64,000 nt of DNA from an uncultured Muribaculaceae bacterium. Lineage in GTDB: Bacteria > Bacteroidota > Bacteroidia > Bacteroidales > Muribaculaceae. Position numbers and translations under genes: made by a program. The DNA is taken from positions 7,570-71,569 of the forward strand of contig CAZSHA010000003.1 of assembly GCA_964606575.1 (NCBI GenBank), given 5' to 3'. Of this stretch, positions 27,797 through 37,185 are shown in pieces; the stretch's first letter is position 1, and every line of letters starts with the position of its first letter. Below the pieces are notes generated by a model. The model saw nothing but the letters and a program-made list of their open reading frames with translations, did no database searches and was not told where the DNA came from.

Positions 27797-29428
27797 ATGA
27801 AACTCAACAAATTCATCACAGCAATAATATTTTTCAGTACAACGGTAGCAACCTCTTTGGCTGGCACAAGCGTTTCTGGCAAGCCTCAAATGCCAGGCGA
27901 TGACATGCTTATTAACGCCAAAGAATCCTACGAAGAATATAAACGACGCGCACAAGAGAGTTATCAAACCTACCAAGACGAGGCAATAACAAGATACCTC
28001 GACTTCCGTGACAGCGTATTGCTTGAATTTGTCAAAAGCATGAAACAGCCTTGGAAAAAAGAGGCGAGCAAACCTGCTGTTCCTAAACCTGTGGACAATT
28101 CCATTGAACCTGAAATTGTAACAATAGAAGAAGGGTTGAAACAGCTAGATCAAAAAAGGCAACAAAACAGCAACAGCGAGCCACAAGTTAAGCCAATCGA
28201 CATTTCAGAAAAAGCCAATAAACAAGTAACAGTAAAATCTACAGTTGTCGTCCCTGAGCTGGAAGAAATCCAGCCAGCCGAACCCTTTGTCCCTGTAATA
28301 ACTAGTCCCGATGACACTCCAGAAACGTTTAATTTCTTGTTTTACGGAACTATGTTATCAGCTAGAATTGACGACAGTTGCAAATTTAAAATCGAAACTA
28401 TCGACAACAATGGCGTTGCTAAAGCAATGGCACAAATCGTGTCAAACAACATGTTGCACACAACACTTAGCGACTGCATCGAAATAAGAGATAAATATAA
28501 ACTATGTGATTGGGCTTATATGCAAATGCTTGTAACCCTAGGTTATGAGTTCTTCGGTGGGGCGACCAACGAAGCCACATTGCTCACGGGATATTTATAT
28601 TGCATGTCGGGATATAAGATGCGTTATGGCTATGATAACAACAATAACCTTCGCATACTTTTTGCTTGCGACCAGCACATCACCGACATCCCGTTTATTA
28701 GCCTAAGAAGTGACGGTTTCAAGAACTATTACATCTTAAACGGCTCAAAAGAGAAAAACGAAATGCACATTTGCGACTATTCGTTCCCGCAAGAGAAAGC
28801 CATGTCGCTTTATGTGAAAGATATACCACTTTTCGACAACGACCTAAGCAACTTTAACATGAAATTGCACTCTTACCCTATCCAACTAACTTACAAGATA
28901 AACAAGAACCTGATTGACTTCTATGAAAGTTATCCTACACCTCGCACAGGCAACGATGTATACTCAAAATGGGAATACTACGCTCGCACACCTCTAAGCG
29001 AAGAAGCTAAAAACGCAATCTACCCTATTCTTAAAAAAGAGCTTGCAGGAAAGAGCGAACTTGAATCGGTCAACATACTAATGGACTGGATTGAAACTTA
29101 TAAATACGGTTATGATTCAAAAATATGGGGCTACGACAGGGCATTTTTCCCAGACGAAACTCTTTTCTATCCATCTAGCGACTGTGAAGACCACGCTATC
29201 CTATTAACTAGATTAGTTAGCGACCTTTTGGGATTAAAAACCGCTTTCATTTATTACCCTGGGCATTTGGCTGCGGCCGTTAAATTCACCGAAGATGTTC
29301 CTGGCGACTACATAATGCACGAAAGCGATAAATATACCGTATGCGACCCGACTATTTATTATGGGAAAGCAGGCAGGACTATGAAAGATGTAAGCAACGA
29401 TGAAGCCACTGTTATCGTATTACCATAA
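27797..29428 (+). CDS. exported protein with a C-terminal transglutaminase-core-like (Cys-His-Asp) domain
   Basis: I chose the start at the ATG at 27797 (MKLNKFITAIIFFSTTVATSLAG, a signal peptide). The C-terminus reads SSDCEDHAILLTRLVSDLLGLKTAFIYYPGHLAAAVKF...YTVCDPT, which fits the C..H..D(P)T pattern of the transglutaminase/papain-like fold. The Cys codon is at 29183-29185. Confidence 0.55.
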   Translation: MKLNKFITAIIFFSTTVATSLAGTSVSGKPQMPGDDMLINAKESYEEYKRRAQESYQTYQDEAITRYLDFRDSVLLEFVKSMKQPWKKEASKPAVPKPVDNSIEPEIVTIEEGLKQLDQKRQQNSNSEPQVKPIDISEKANKQVTVKSTVVVPELEEIQPAEPFVPVITSPDDTPETFNFLFYGTMLSARIDDSCKFKIETIDNNGVAKAMAQIVSNNMLHTTLSDCIEIRDKYKLCDWAYMQMLVTLGYEFFGGATNEATLLTGYLYCMSGYKMRYGYDNNNNLRILFACDQHITDIPFISLRSDGFKNYYILNGSKEKNEMHICDYSFPQEKAMSLYVKDIPLFDNDLSNFNMKLHSYPIQLTYKINKNLIDFYESYPTPRTGNDVYSKWEYYARTPLSEEAKNAIYPILKKELAGKSELESVNILMDWIETYKYGYDSKIWGYDRAFFPDETLFYPSSDCEDHAILLTRLVSDLLGLKTAFIYYPGHLAAAVKFTEDVPGDYIMHESDKYTVCDPTIYYGKAGRTMKDVSNDEATVIVLP

Positions 29429-30561
29429 TGGATAACAAGAAATACATAATCTTCAAAATACTTATCGTAACCCTGATTACGGTAGTATTATCCAAATCAA
29501 TGGTGATGATACCGCTTGATTTCAGTGCTTTTTCATCAAACAACTCAGGCAGTATCAACCAATTCGACATCTATACCGATATTTTAAGCCGTTCGGGTGA
29601 TATCGAATACGAAGATAACGTTGTCGTGGTCACGATACCTGAAAGAGCAGGAAGAGCTGAACTGGCAGAAGCATTAAGCCTACTTGCTCAATGTCAACCA
29701 GCCACCATATCAGTTGATATTCATTTAGAAGGTAAGCGCGACGCAGAGGTTGACAGCATGCTGCTTGTTGCTGTTGAGGAGAATGAAAACGTTATTTTCC
29801 CATGTTTTACCGACAAATTACAAGACACTACAGGTTTTTTTATACAAACTGGAGAATACGGAATAAGTCGCGGATACGTCAACCTTGACAACTTCGGCAA
29901 AGAGAATGCAGTAATGCGTACTTTCACACCATATTACGTAGATGGCAACGACACCATATACAGTCTTTCATTAGAAGCCGTAAGACGCATATTCCCCGAA
30001 AAAGTTGAGCGGTTGAAACAACGTAAAGTTGACCATGATTTCATAAACTACATGCGCGAAATTCCTTGCTTCAATTACAAGGATATTCCAATATTCGCCG
30101 ATGAGATAACAGGAAAAATCGTATTGCTCGGATGCGATGCGCAATACGACACGCACCGCACACCTATTAACTCTAGACTATTAGGTCTTAAAGTTCATGC
30201 TTACACCGCATCGACTGTCATCAACGAGGCTTATATAGACCGACCGGCAACATGGGTTACAACATTCATAACGATTCTCACACTAGGTGTATTCTCATTT
30301 TTGTCTATATTATATGTGATTAAGACACCTAAATTTGCGGGGTTCTTTACACGTTCTACGACCTATCTAAGTTTTTTCACATTCCTAATATTAGGATTTA
30401 TTGTTTTTTACGAGTACAACCTATATATCGACTCAGCTTGGTTTCTTATAGGTATCGCATTTGCCCCATGGTCACTTGACTTATATAACTTCATTGAAAC
30501 AATGATAACTAAACTAAAGAAAAGGATTAAAAGTAAAAAAGATAATAACTTAAACACATAA
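29428..30561 (+). CDS. stand-alone CHASE2 domain membrane protein (no output domain)
   Basis: An N-terminal TM is followed by a domain of about 250 aa outside the membrane, with DNVVVVTIPERAGRAELAEALSLLAQCQPATISVDIHLE (the CHASE2 signature region), and then three C-terminal TM helices. The ATG overlaps the upstream stop (ATAATGG). Confidence 0.65.
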   Translation: MDNKKYIIFKILIVTLITVVLSKSMVMIPLDFSAFSSNNSGSINQFDIYTDILSRSGDIEYEDNVVVVTIPERAGRAELAEALSLLAQCQPATISVDIHLEGKRDAEVDSMLLVAVEENENVIFPCFTDKLQDTTGFFIQTGEYGISRGYVNLDNFGKENAVMRTFTPYYVDGNDTIYSLSLEAVRRIFPEKVERLKQRKVDHDFINYMREIPCFNYKDIPIFADEITGKIVLLGCDAQYDTHRTPINSRLLGLKVHAYTASTVINEAYIDRPATWVTTFITILTLGVFSFLSILYVIKTPKFAGFFTRSTTYLSFFTFLILGFIVFYEYNLYIDSAWFLIGIAFAPWSLDLYNFIETMITKLKKRIKSKKDNNLNT

Positions 30562-30568
30562 CATAAAT

Positions 30569-31321
30569 ATGAAACGCAGAATAACATTATTTTCGGCACT
30601 AGTTGTAACAGTTTGCACAATAATATGTATTGCTGTGAACAAAGATTACAAAGTGCTTGACATCAGGGGATCTATTATAGTGGACAACACTAAGACTGAA
30701 CTTGCTAAAGGACAGACTATAAAAGGTGGTGATATTCTTATTGCCGACCGCCAATCTTACATGAAAGTTCATGACACAAAGCGTTCTTACACGCTTCGTG
30801 TATCAGGTAAGCATTCTGTAAAGGAACTTATCGATAATATGCCTAGCAAATATAAATCGGCTATCTCTAACATTAAAGATAACCTGCTAAAGGCAAAAAA
30901 GACAAATATCGTATACGGTGTAGTGACTATGAACTTAGAAATGGACGGTTTTGAGCTAGAAGAAAACGAAGCCTTCGTACTTTGCAAAGAAGATTCACTA
31001 GGAAACTTAGCGGTAGCGTTCATGAGAAGCGGAATGGAAACACCTATGATGTACACACTTAACCCTCAATCTTACATTTATTTGTTAAAGATGTCACTTC
31101 TAACGGTTCAAGGTTATGAATACGCTTATGAGCTTGAAAACTCCGCTATTTATGATGTGCTATGGAAACCGCTTGAAAAATATTTCCAACCAGGCGACAT
31201 CGTTATGTTCTCGTTACCTGAAAGCTTAGCACACATCACAATGGAAGATATTCCAGTTGATGAAACACGTAATCTGTCTGACCTATATGAGTTGTATCAA
31301 TTAGACAGCGCAAGCGAATAA
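30569..31321 (+). CDS. membrane-anchored hypothetical protein, possibly FecR-like at the N-terminus
   Basis: An N-terminal TM (ITLFSALVVTVCTIICIAV) is followed by VLDIRGSIIVDNTKTELAKGQTIKGGDILIADRQSYMKVHD, which is reminiscent of FecR sensor domains. It starts 7 nt after the CHASE2 gene. Confidence 0.35.
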   Translation: MKRRITLFSALVVTVCTIICIAVNKDYKVLDIRGSIIVDNTKTELAKGQTIKGGDILIADRQSYMKVHDTKRSYTLRVSGKHSVKELIDNMPSKYKSAISNIKDNLLKAKKTNIVYGVVTMNLEMDGFELEENEAFVLCKEDSLGNLAVAFMRSGMETPMMYTLNPQSYIYLLKMSLLTVQGYEYAYELENSAIYDVLWKPLEKYFQPGDIVMFSLPESLAHITMEDIPVDETRNLSDLYELYQLDSASE

Positions 31322-31342
31322 ATCTCAAAATTTGAATAAAAT

Positions 31343-31379
31343 AAATTGCCGCACCTCCATCACGAAGTGCGGCAATTTT
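31343..31379. terminator. bidirectional intrinsic terminator between the two convergent arms
   Basis: AAATTGCCGCAC-(12 nt)-GTGCGGCAATTT is a 12-bp stem with A/T runs on both sides. Confidence 0.8.
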
Positions 31380-31420
31380 CATATCCCATCTTTTATTATT
31401 CTGCTTACACTCAAAATTAG

Positions 31421-32302
31421 TTATTTAAGACTAATCGTTACATCTTTTGGTATAAGAATCATTTTTGCATCACGGTCACGATTTGCCAACAACCATTTTT
31501 GGAAATCATCATAAGGCAAAGATCTAAGTTTCGTTATATCACCTTCACTTACTCTACCATTGTCAGAAGGACGGATAAACTCATTTGTTGAAAATATAAT
31601 ATAGATACGATTATACTCTATAGGTTTTTTCGTTGTCATTTTCACACGAGTAATTTCCTTTGTAGTTACTTCAATTGGATTCTTATGTTCCTTAGAGAAA
31701 AATATATAATCCCTATCGGCCTCTACAGGATAAGAACTAATACTTGTTTTATCGTATGGCAACATACGATATGCCATATCATCTTCACCCAATGAATAAA
31801 CAGCAAGATATCCGCTTACAGGCGTTCTGAAAGATAGATAAAGTTTATCACCGCTTACAAAATCAGCATCTTCTGACATTTCATCAGTATGATTTCTTAA
31901 CAGGCGAGCTGTCACGTCAAATCCTGCACCCACGATTTCACGAGCCCTGCCCCACACCTTTGCCCTAAGAACAGGCATTCCGGTATTAGGATCATTAGAC
32001 ATCGTTATCTCAGGAGATTTAGTATCACCAAGCCATACTCCTTTCACCTCACTCAATCCATACGAAACAAAGTCTGTTTTTCCATTTTTTGTTTTTGTTT
32101 GGTTCCTTTGCTGTATAAATGTTCCAAATTCCTCTGCTAGGGCAACTGTTCTAGCTCTCTCAATCGCTTTAAGTTGAGCTCCTTTATATGTATCTAATTC
32201 GTTCTGAACATATACAGCCTCGCCACTTACATTCTTCACTTTTTGAGCAAAACATGAACCAATAGCAAATGTCAACAATAATGCTGTTATATAAAATCTC
32301 AT
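31421..32302 (-). CDS. exported LPP20-like + DUF4384-like protein
   Basis: After the signal peptide MRFYITALLLTFAIGSCFAQ, the N-terminal part reads GAQLKAIERARTVALAEEFGTFIQQ (LPP20-like). The C-terminal part GDKLYLSFRTPVSGYLAVYSLGEDDMAYRMLPY matches my memory of DUF4384, a domain often fused to or found next to caspases. Confidence 0.5.
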   Translation of the reverse strand: MRFYITALLLTFAIGSCFAQKVKNVSGEAVYVQNELDTYKGAQLKAIERARTVALAEEFGTFIQQRNQTKTKNGKTDFVSYGLSEVKGVWLGDTKSPEITMSNDPNTGMPVLRAKVWGRAREIVGAGFDVTARLLRNHTDEMSEDADFVSGDKLYLSFRTPVSGYLAVYSLGEDDMAYRMLPYDKTSISSYPVEADRDYIFFSKEHKNPIEVTTKEITRVKMTTKKPIEYNRIYIIFSTNEFIRPSDNGRVSEGDITKLRSLPYDDFQKWLLANRDRDAKMILIPKDVTISLK

Positions 32303-32319
32303 TTCTTTCTATATGTTTT

Positions 32320-35022
32320 TTAATTTCTGATTTTTATATTCTTCCATGACATCATCAATGGATCTGATGGCATAACATCTGGAGTTTGTGTCTTACTATC
32401 CTTATTATCAAGGGTTGACTGACGGATAACATTTTCCTTTACATAATCATATAGTTCTCCCATAGTTACATCACCCTTAGTTTCCTTCAACTTCTTCAAC
32501 AAGAAATATGTAAACAAGCCATGACCTTTACCTTCATACGGATAAGCCATTTCATCACCAGAGCAAGCTGTCATAACAATCATATTACCTTCTGTCAATT
32601 CTTCTTCATCAGTATCTACTACGACACCACGTGCAGCAAAAAGCATTTCACCACTTCTAGAACCTCCACTGAAACAACAATCCAAGAATACATTGACATG
32701 CTCTGCTCCAGCTTCCACTATTTTATTATAAAACTCATTCATTGAGAATGCGCCTTCCAAACTTTTTGGGTTTCCATCTTTAGATAAGAAATAAGCCTTA
32801 GATGTGCTGTAATCCGGTACGCCATGACCTGAATAATATATCACGGCTTTAGCTCCTTCTCCGTATACTTTTAACTTTTTTACGTATGTTTCTATTTGTG
32901 TCTTCATTTGCAAATAACTTGCATCTGGCACAAACGTTACGTTCTTTTCAGGAATTCCTAGAACTGAAGTACAATAATTAGCGAATGAACGTCCATCTGC
33001 TATCGCACAAGTAACATCACCCACATTATCATAATGCTCATTACTTATAATCAAAGCAAATGTATTATCATTAACCACATCAGTAACTACAGGAACATCA
33101 ATATCCACATCGCTCTTCTTATTTGCACCACCAATTGTTCTTGTTCCAGTTGTTTGTTTTGATTGACCTTGAGCCCTAGCTAGAAGGTTTTCATCCAGTA
33201 CATCACCCAAACCAATAGGATTAGTAATCGTTACGTCAACATCCTCATAAGCCAATTCCTCACGCATGTCATACTTATACGAAGGACCGCCAGATATTGA
33301 TATAAAATCCAAACCAGCTAACACTAAAGTATCCCCAACAACATCAAATTTTGGATTCTTTATAGATATATCTTTCTTTTCCCACGCCGTACTAAAATTT
33401 TGAGCCTCATTATTCGCCATTGGCACTTTAACCAACATATAACCCAAGTTATAGCTTAGCTTATACACTTCATTGTCGGCATCATAATCACTCAACTTGA
33501 TACCTCCTTTTTGAAGTGATGCCAAAATAGTTATAGAATATCTATCTATATAAGCCTTTTTAGCCTCATTAATCAATTCCAATCGCTTATTCTTTAATGA
33601 TTCACCTGATGTACGAAGCTCATAATCCGCAGTTTTTTCGTATGTACCCTTTTGTCGCCACACCATCAAGCGTTCAGCCACATAATCGTATGCATAAATA
33701 GGAAAGATTGGAACACCCAATGACGATACCTTTCGAGAACCGTTATCCTTACTCACATTAGCTTTCGCATAGGCAAACATAGATTCCTCAGCAAGAAGTT
33801 CAGCTTTTCTTTGGGTATCAATCATTTCACCATTTTTAGCGGCCAACACACGTGCTTCTTCTTTACGGTCAAGCCAAACGTATGCGTCTATCAACGCTTT
33901 CAAATATTCACCTTTGAACCCTCTATCTACAACTTGCACTAGTAGTTTTGAAGCATTTTCCAAATATGGATATAACTCAGGCAACGGCTTGCCGAAATTA
34001 TCAACCTTGCCGTTCTTCCTTTCAGTTAGCACATAATTAAAGCTAGCACATGCAAATCGTTTGATATTATCAATATTATTTGTGTCTAAAGCATATAATT
34101 GCTCACATGCCGCAAGGCTTGAACGATAATCACCATTCAATTCGTGTATCCTAGATTTTAAGCTCAACACCTTCGATTGGTTCTTTTCTAGCCTTTCATA
34201 GTTCATCATGTGTACTTCTGCTTGAGCAACGTTACCAGTCATAATATGGTACTCCACGACATCATGCAAGATATTCATATCATTTGGCAACTTCTGAGCA
34301 CCTTTCATCAAAGTGAGAATTTGATCGTCACCTTGACCGCAGAAACCGTATGCTTTCGCCAACGATGTATATACTTTGCTTTCATATGTCTTATCATGAG
34401 TAAGCAAATATTCTTCCAACATCACAGTCGCTGCAGAGAATTCCTTAGCGTTAAATTTATGGGATGCCACATAATACACAAGTTGTGGATAACTTGATGG
34501 ATTCTCAAAAGCCTCATCCTTAAAGAAGTCATGTTTCGGAATCAATATGTATTTTTCAAGCATGCTTACAGCCATTTCTGTATTATTCCTTTTGCTATAA
34601 GCGATACCGCCATTCATCAAAGTCGGGCGTAAAGTCCTCAATCGGCTCTTAGCAGTAATGTAATGTGCAACTAAGGCAGTATCGTTAAGCACTTTCATAC
34701 AGCTCTCGCCACATTCGTCAACAACATAATATAACCTATCACCAGTCACATTACTTTTCACCAACGATTCGTATACAGCATATAGACTATCAGCCCTGTC
34801 GGCTTCAGTTTTTTCCACAACAGGTTTTGCTGAATCAAGCGTGTCTGCCATTCCCATGTTGTCAGAAAGAACTTCTGCATCATTAGTAGACACTTCAACG
34901 GTCTCACCTGGTAGCGGAGTATGCGTTTCCGACGGATTTTGAGCATTTACCGCAAAAAATCCAACTGACACTACAATAGCTAAACTATATAAAAAATACT
35001 TTTTCATAATTGTTTTAAACAA
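32320..35022 (-). CDS. exported TPR-repeat protein with a C-terminal caspase-fold (peptidase C14) domain
   Basis: It has a signal peptide (YSLAIVVSVGFFAVNAQ) and a helical TPR-like region at aa ~90-400. The C14 domain spans aa ~650-880 with VIYYSGHG (His733, codon 32824-32826) and FLDCCFSGG (Cys783, codon 32674-32676), which is the canonical SGHG...DxCxSG dyad. Confidence 0.85.
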   Translation of the reverse strand: MFKTIMKKYFLYSLAIVVSVGFFAVNAQNPSETHTPLPGETVEVSTNDAEVLSDNMGMADTLDSAKPVVEKTEADRADSLYAVYESLVKSNVTGDRLYYVVDECGESCMKVLNDTALVAHYITAKSRLRTLRPTLMNGGIAYSKRNNTEMAVSMLEKYILIPKHDFFKDEAFENPSSYPQLVYYVASHKFNAKEFSAATVMLEEYLLTHDKTYESKVYTSLAKAYGFCGQGDDQILTLMKGAQKLPNDMNILHDVVEYHIMTGNVAQAEVHMMNYERLEKNQSKVLSLKSRIHELNGDYRSSLAACEQLYALDTNNIDNIKRFACASFNYVLTERKNGKVDNFGKPLPELYPYLENASKLLVQVVDRGFKGEYLKALIDAYVWLDRKEEARVLAAKNGEMIDTQRKAELLAEESMFAYAKANVSKDNGSRKVSSLGVPIFPIYAYDYVAERLMVWRQKGTYEKTADYELRTSGESLKNKRLELINEAKKAYIDRYSITILASLQKGGIKLSDYDADNEVYKLSYNLGYMLVKVPMANNEAQNFSTAWEKKDISIKNPKFDVVGDTLVLAGLDFISISGGPSYKYDMREELAYEDVDVTITNPIGLGDVLDENLLARAQGQSKQTTGTRTIGGANKKSDVDIDVPVVTDVVNDNTFALIISNEHYDNVGDVTCAIADGRSFANYCTSVLGIPEKNVTFVPDASYLQMKTQIETYVKKLKVYGEGAKAVIYYSGHGVPDYSTSKAYFLSKDGNPKSLEGAFSMNEFYNKIVEAGAEHVNVFLDCCFSGGSRSGEMLFAARGVVVDTDEEELTEGNMIVMTACSGDEMAYPYEGKGHGLFTYFLLKKLKETKGDVTMGELYDYVKENVIRQSTLDNKDSKTQTPDVMPSDPLMMSWKNIKIRN

Positions 35023-35094
35023 TCCTTATAATACTTCCTTTTAATATCTTTATATTCTGCCAGAGCAGATTGAGGTTAAAATTACGCTTTATTA

Positions 35095-37185
35095 TTATTT
35101 TTTCATTTGCTCTTTGAAAGTGTCAACGAACTTCAACGCCACCTTGATACGGCGGAACTCGCTACCCTTTTCTTTCGACACTTCCACATTGTATTTATAT
35201 TCAATAGGCATATTGGCATTGGCAAATGTGGTCTTTGCCAAATAATCACTTACACCTATCGCGCGAATCAACGCAAGTTGCTCATTTGACTTTATACCGG
35301 CAGCCTTAGTGATTGTCATATTTGTCAACTCACCGTCTTGTGCAGCCAACTGATTCTCGATGTCGCCATACTCGCCATTATATCTTAACTTACCTATAAT
35401 AGGTGTTGCATCAGCCGAGCCTGTGATTGAAACCACAAGTTTCTTGCTGTCGCCCATATATTTCGCAAAATCACCTTTTATAGAGTTGTCGATAATGTTA
35501 AGCATTTGAACAGCTGCATTAGATTCTGTAGCCACATATTTACCAGCTTTGAAATCATCGCGCGCTGAAAATTCCTCCTCAACTTGATACATATAGCTAA
35601 CGTTGTAGTTAAGAATTTTGTTACCATCGGCATCAACGTCCTGTTCAACTTCGGTATTAACGGTAATGTGAGTATGGTCAGTAAGCAAGCTCTGAGTCTT
35701 AGCCTCTTCCACCACTTCCTCTTTCATTGTCTCCAATTTTGCTGCTTCAACGTTAGCCAATTGAATCACCTCCATTGGCACGAACGAACTTTCATCATAA
35801 ACTAACTTTTCACGGTTACGGTTGTCATACATATACACCTTACCAGTTTTCTTGTTTCTAGCCTCAGTATATATGACCTCAAAATTGTCGTTAGCATCAA
35901 GACCATAGACCGTATTGATGAATTCCAAGTCATTGATATTGTTCAAGTCGTTCAATTCGGCAGAAGGAATATTCAAATAAATTGAAGGCATATTGTCGAA
36001 ATTAACGGCAAGGGCTTGATTTGTTTCTACATAATTACCAAGTTTAGCGCCGTCATTTGCAATCAAGTTACCTGCCATCGCAGTAACAAGGTCGTTTTCA
36101 AGCTGCAATGCTTTTTGAGCGCGGGTTTCGTCGTTTACACGGGCACGGTAGTCTGCTTCCGACTCTCCCGGTTGCATCTTAGCCCACTCCGTCAATTCCA
36201 AACCAAGCCGCATCTTCAAGTCTTTTGCGTGATAACGCTCAATATTAGACAAAGGATATACACCTACCGTTCCAGGCTTGATATATAGCAAATTATCTTT
36301 CCCGAATGAATCGCTGAACAAATCAAGATTCAACAAATCGCTACCATCAACACTTATCAAATAATCGACCTTTGATGTCAACAAGTTCACCAATTCAAAA
36401 GATTTACCAGCATTAACAATAACATATTTTCCTTGCGGATGGAAGATACAGTTTTTAGCTCCTGATATTGCCGGGTATGATTTCTTTTCTTTCAAATCGG
36501 CAATGTCTACCACTTTCAATGTTCCGTCAGCAAGCAACACAGCAAACTCTCTATAATCGTCAGAAAAATCTATATCAAGCACAGGTTGACCATAATTCAA
36601 AACTTTACGGCTCGTGCCACGCTCAAGGTTGAATACTTCCACATTATCACCCTCAAGCATTAATGCCACATTACTAGCCTTGTTGATTTGAACTTTAGTG
36701 GGAGTTCCCGCCAATTGTACAGAATATTTCGTTTTATCTTTAACTTTCTCATCGGTAACACACTTATTCACCTTGTTGTCCATAGTAAAGACTAACACAA
36801 ATGTTCCGTCAGGAGAATAAGCCAAGCTCCATATTTGATTCTTCTTTTCGGTCTTGAAAAGAACTTTTCCCTCTTCTTCAGTGTATGGGTCAAACAACCT
36901 CACCTTCTTTTCATCGCAATAAAGCACCTTTCCTCCAATAAGAGGTGACAATGTCCACTTAACCGGCTTAAACCCTTCCATTTTAAATCCTGAATATACA
37001 CTCATATCGCCCTTCAGGCTTTGACCCAGCACAAAGTATGAGTTGTTTTGTGCTTTCACATAAGGTTCGCCTTTGAGTTTCAACAAGAACAAGCTATCAG
37101 GAGACAGAAACTCTTGGGCATTTAACATTGCAGGTGCGCAAGTCAGCGCAACACCGGCAATTACTGTCAACATTTTTCCTTTCAT
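35095..37185 (-). CDS. exported beta-propeller (WD40/TolB-like) protein with a C-terminal OmpA-like peptidoglycan-binding domain
   Basis: I chose the start at MKGKMLTVIAGVALTCAPAMLNAQ (cat at 37183-37185). The repetitive beta-rich aa 40-330 include ...LAYSPDGTF... The C-terminus reads ITGSADATPI...SNEQLALIRAIGVSDYL...GSEFRRIKVAL, a degenerate OmpA_C pattern. Confidence 0.6.
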   Translation of the reverse strand: MKGKMLTVIAGVALTCAPAMLNAQEFLSPDSLFLLKLKGEPYVKAQNNSYFVLGQSLKGDMSVYSGFKMEGFKPVKWTLSPLIGGKVLYCDEKKVRLFDPYTEEEGKVLFKTEKKNQIWSLAYSPDGTFVLVFTMDNKVNKCVTDEKVKDKTKYSVQLAGTPTKVQINKASNVALMLEGDNVEVFNLERGTSRKVLNYGQPVLDIDFSDDYREFAVLLADGTLKVVDIADLKEKKSYPAISGAKNCIFHPQGKYVIVNAGKSFELVNLLTSKVDYLISVDGSDLLNLDLFSDSFGKDNLLYIKPGTVGVYPLSNIERYHAKDLKMRLGLELTEWAKMQPGESEADYRARVNDETRAQKALQLENDLVTAMAGNLIANDGAKLGNYVETNQALAVNFDNMPSIYLNIPSAELNDLNNINDLEFINTVYGLDANDNFEVIYTEARNKKTGKVYMYDNRNREKLVYDESSFVPMEVIQLANVEAAKLETMKEEVVEEAKTQSLLTDHTHITVNTEVEQDVDADGNKILNYNVSYMYQVEEEFSARDDFKAGKYVATESNAAVQMLNIIDNSIKGDFAKYMGDSKKLVVSITGSADATPIIGKLRYNGEYGDIENQLAAQDGELTNMTITKAAGIKSNEQLALIRAIGVSDYLAKTTFANANMPIEYKYNVEVSKEKGSEFRRIKVALKFVDTFKEQMKK

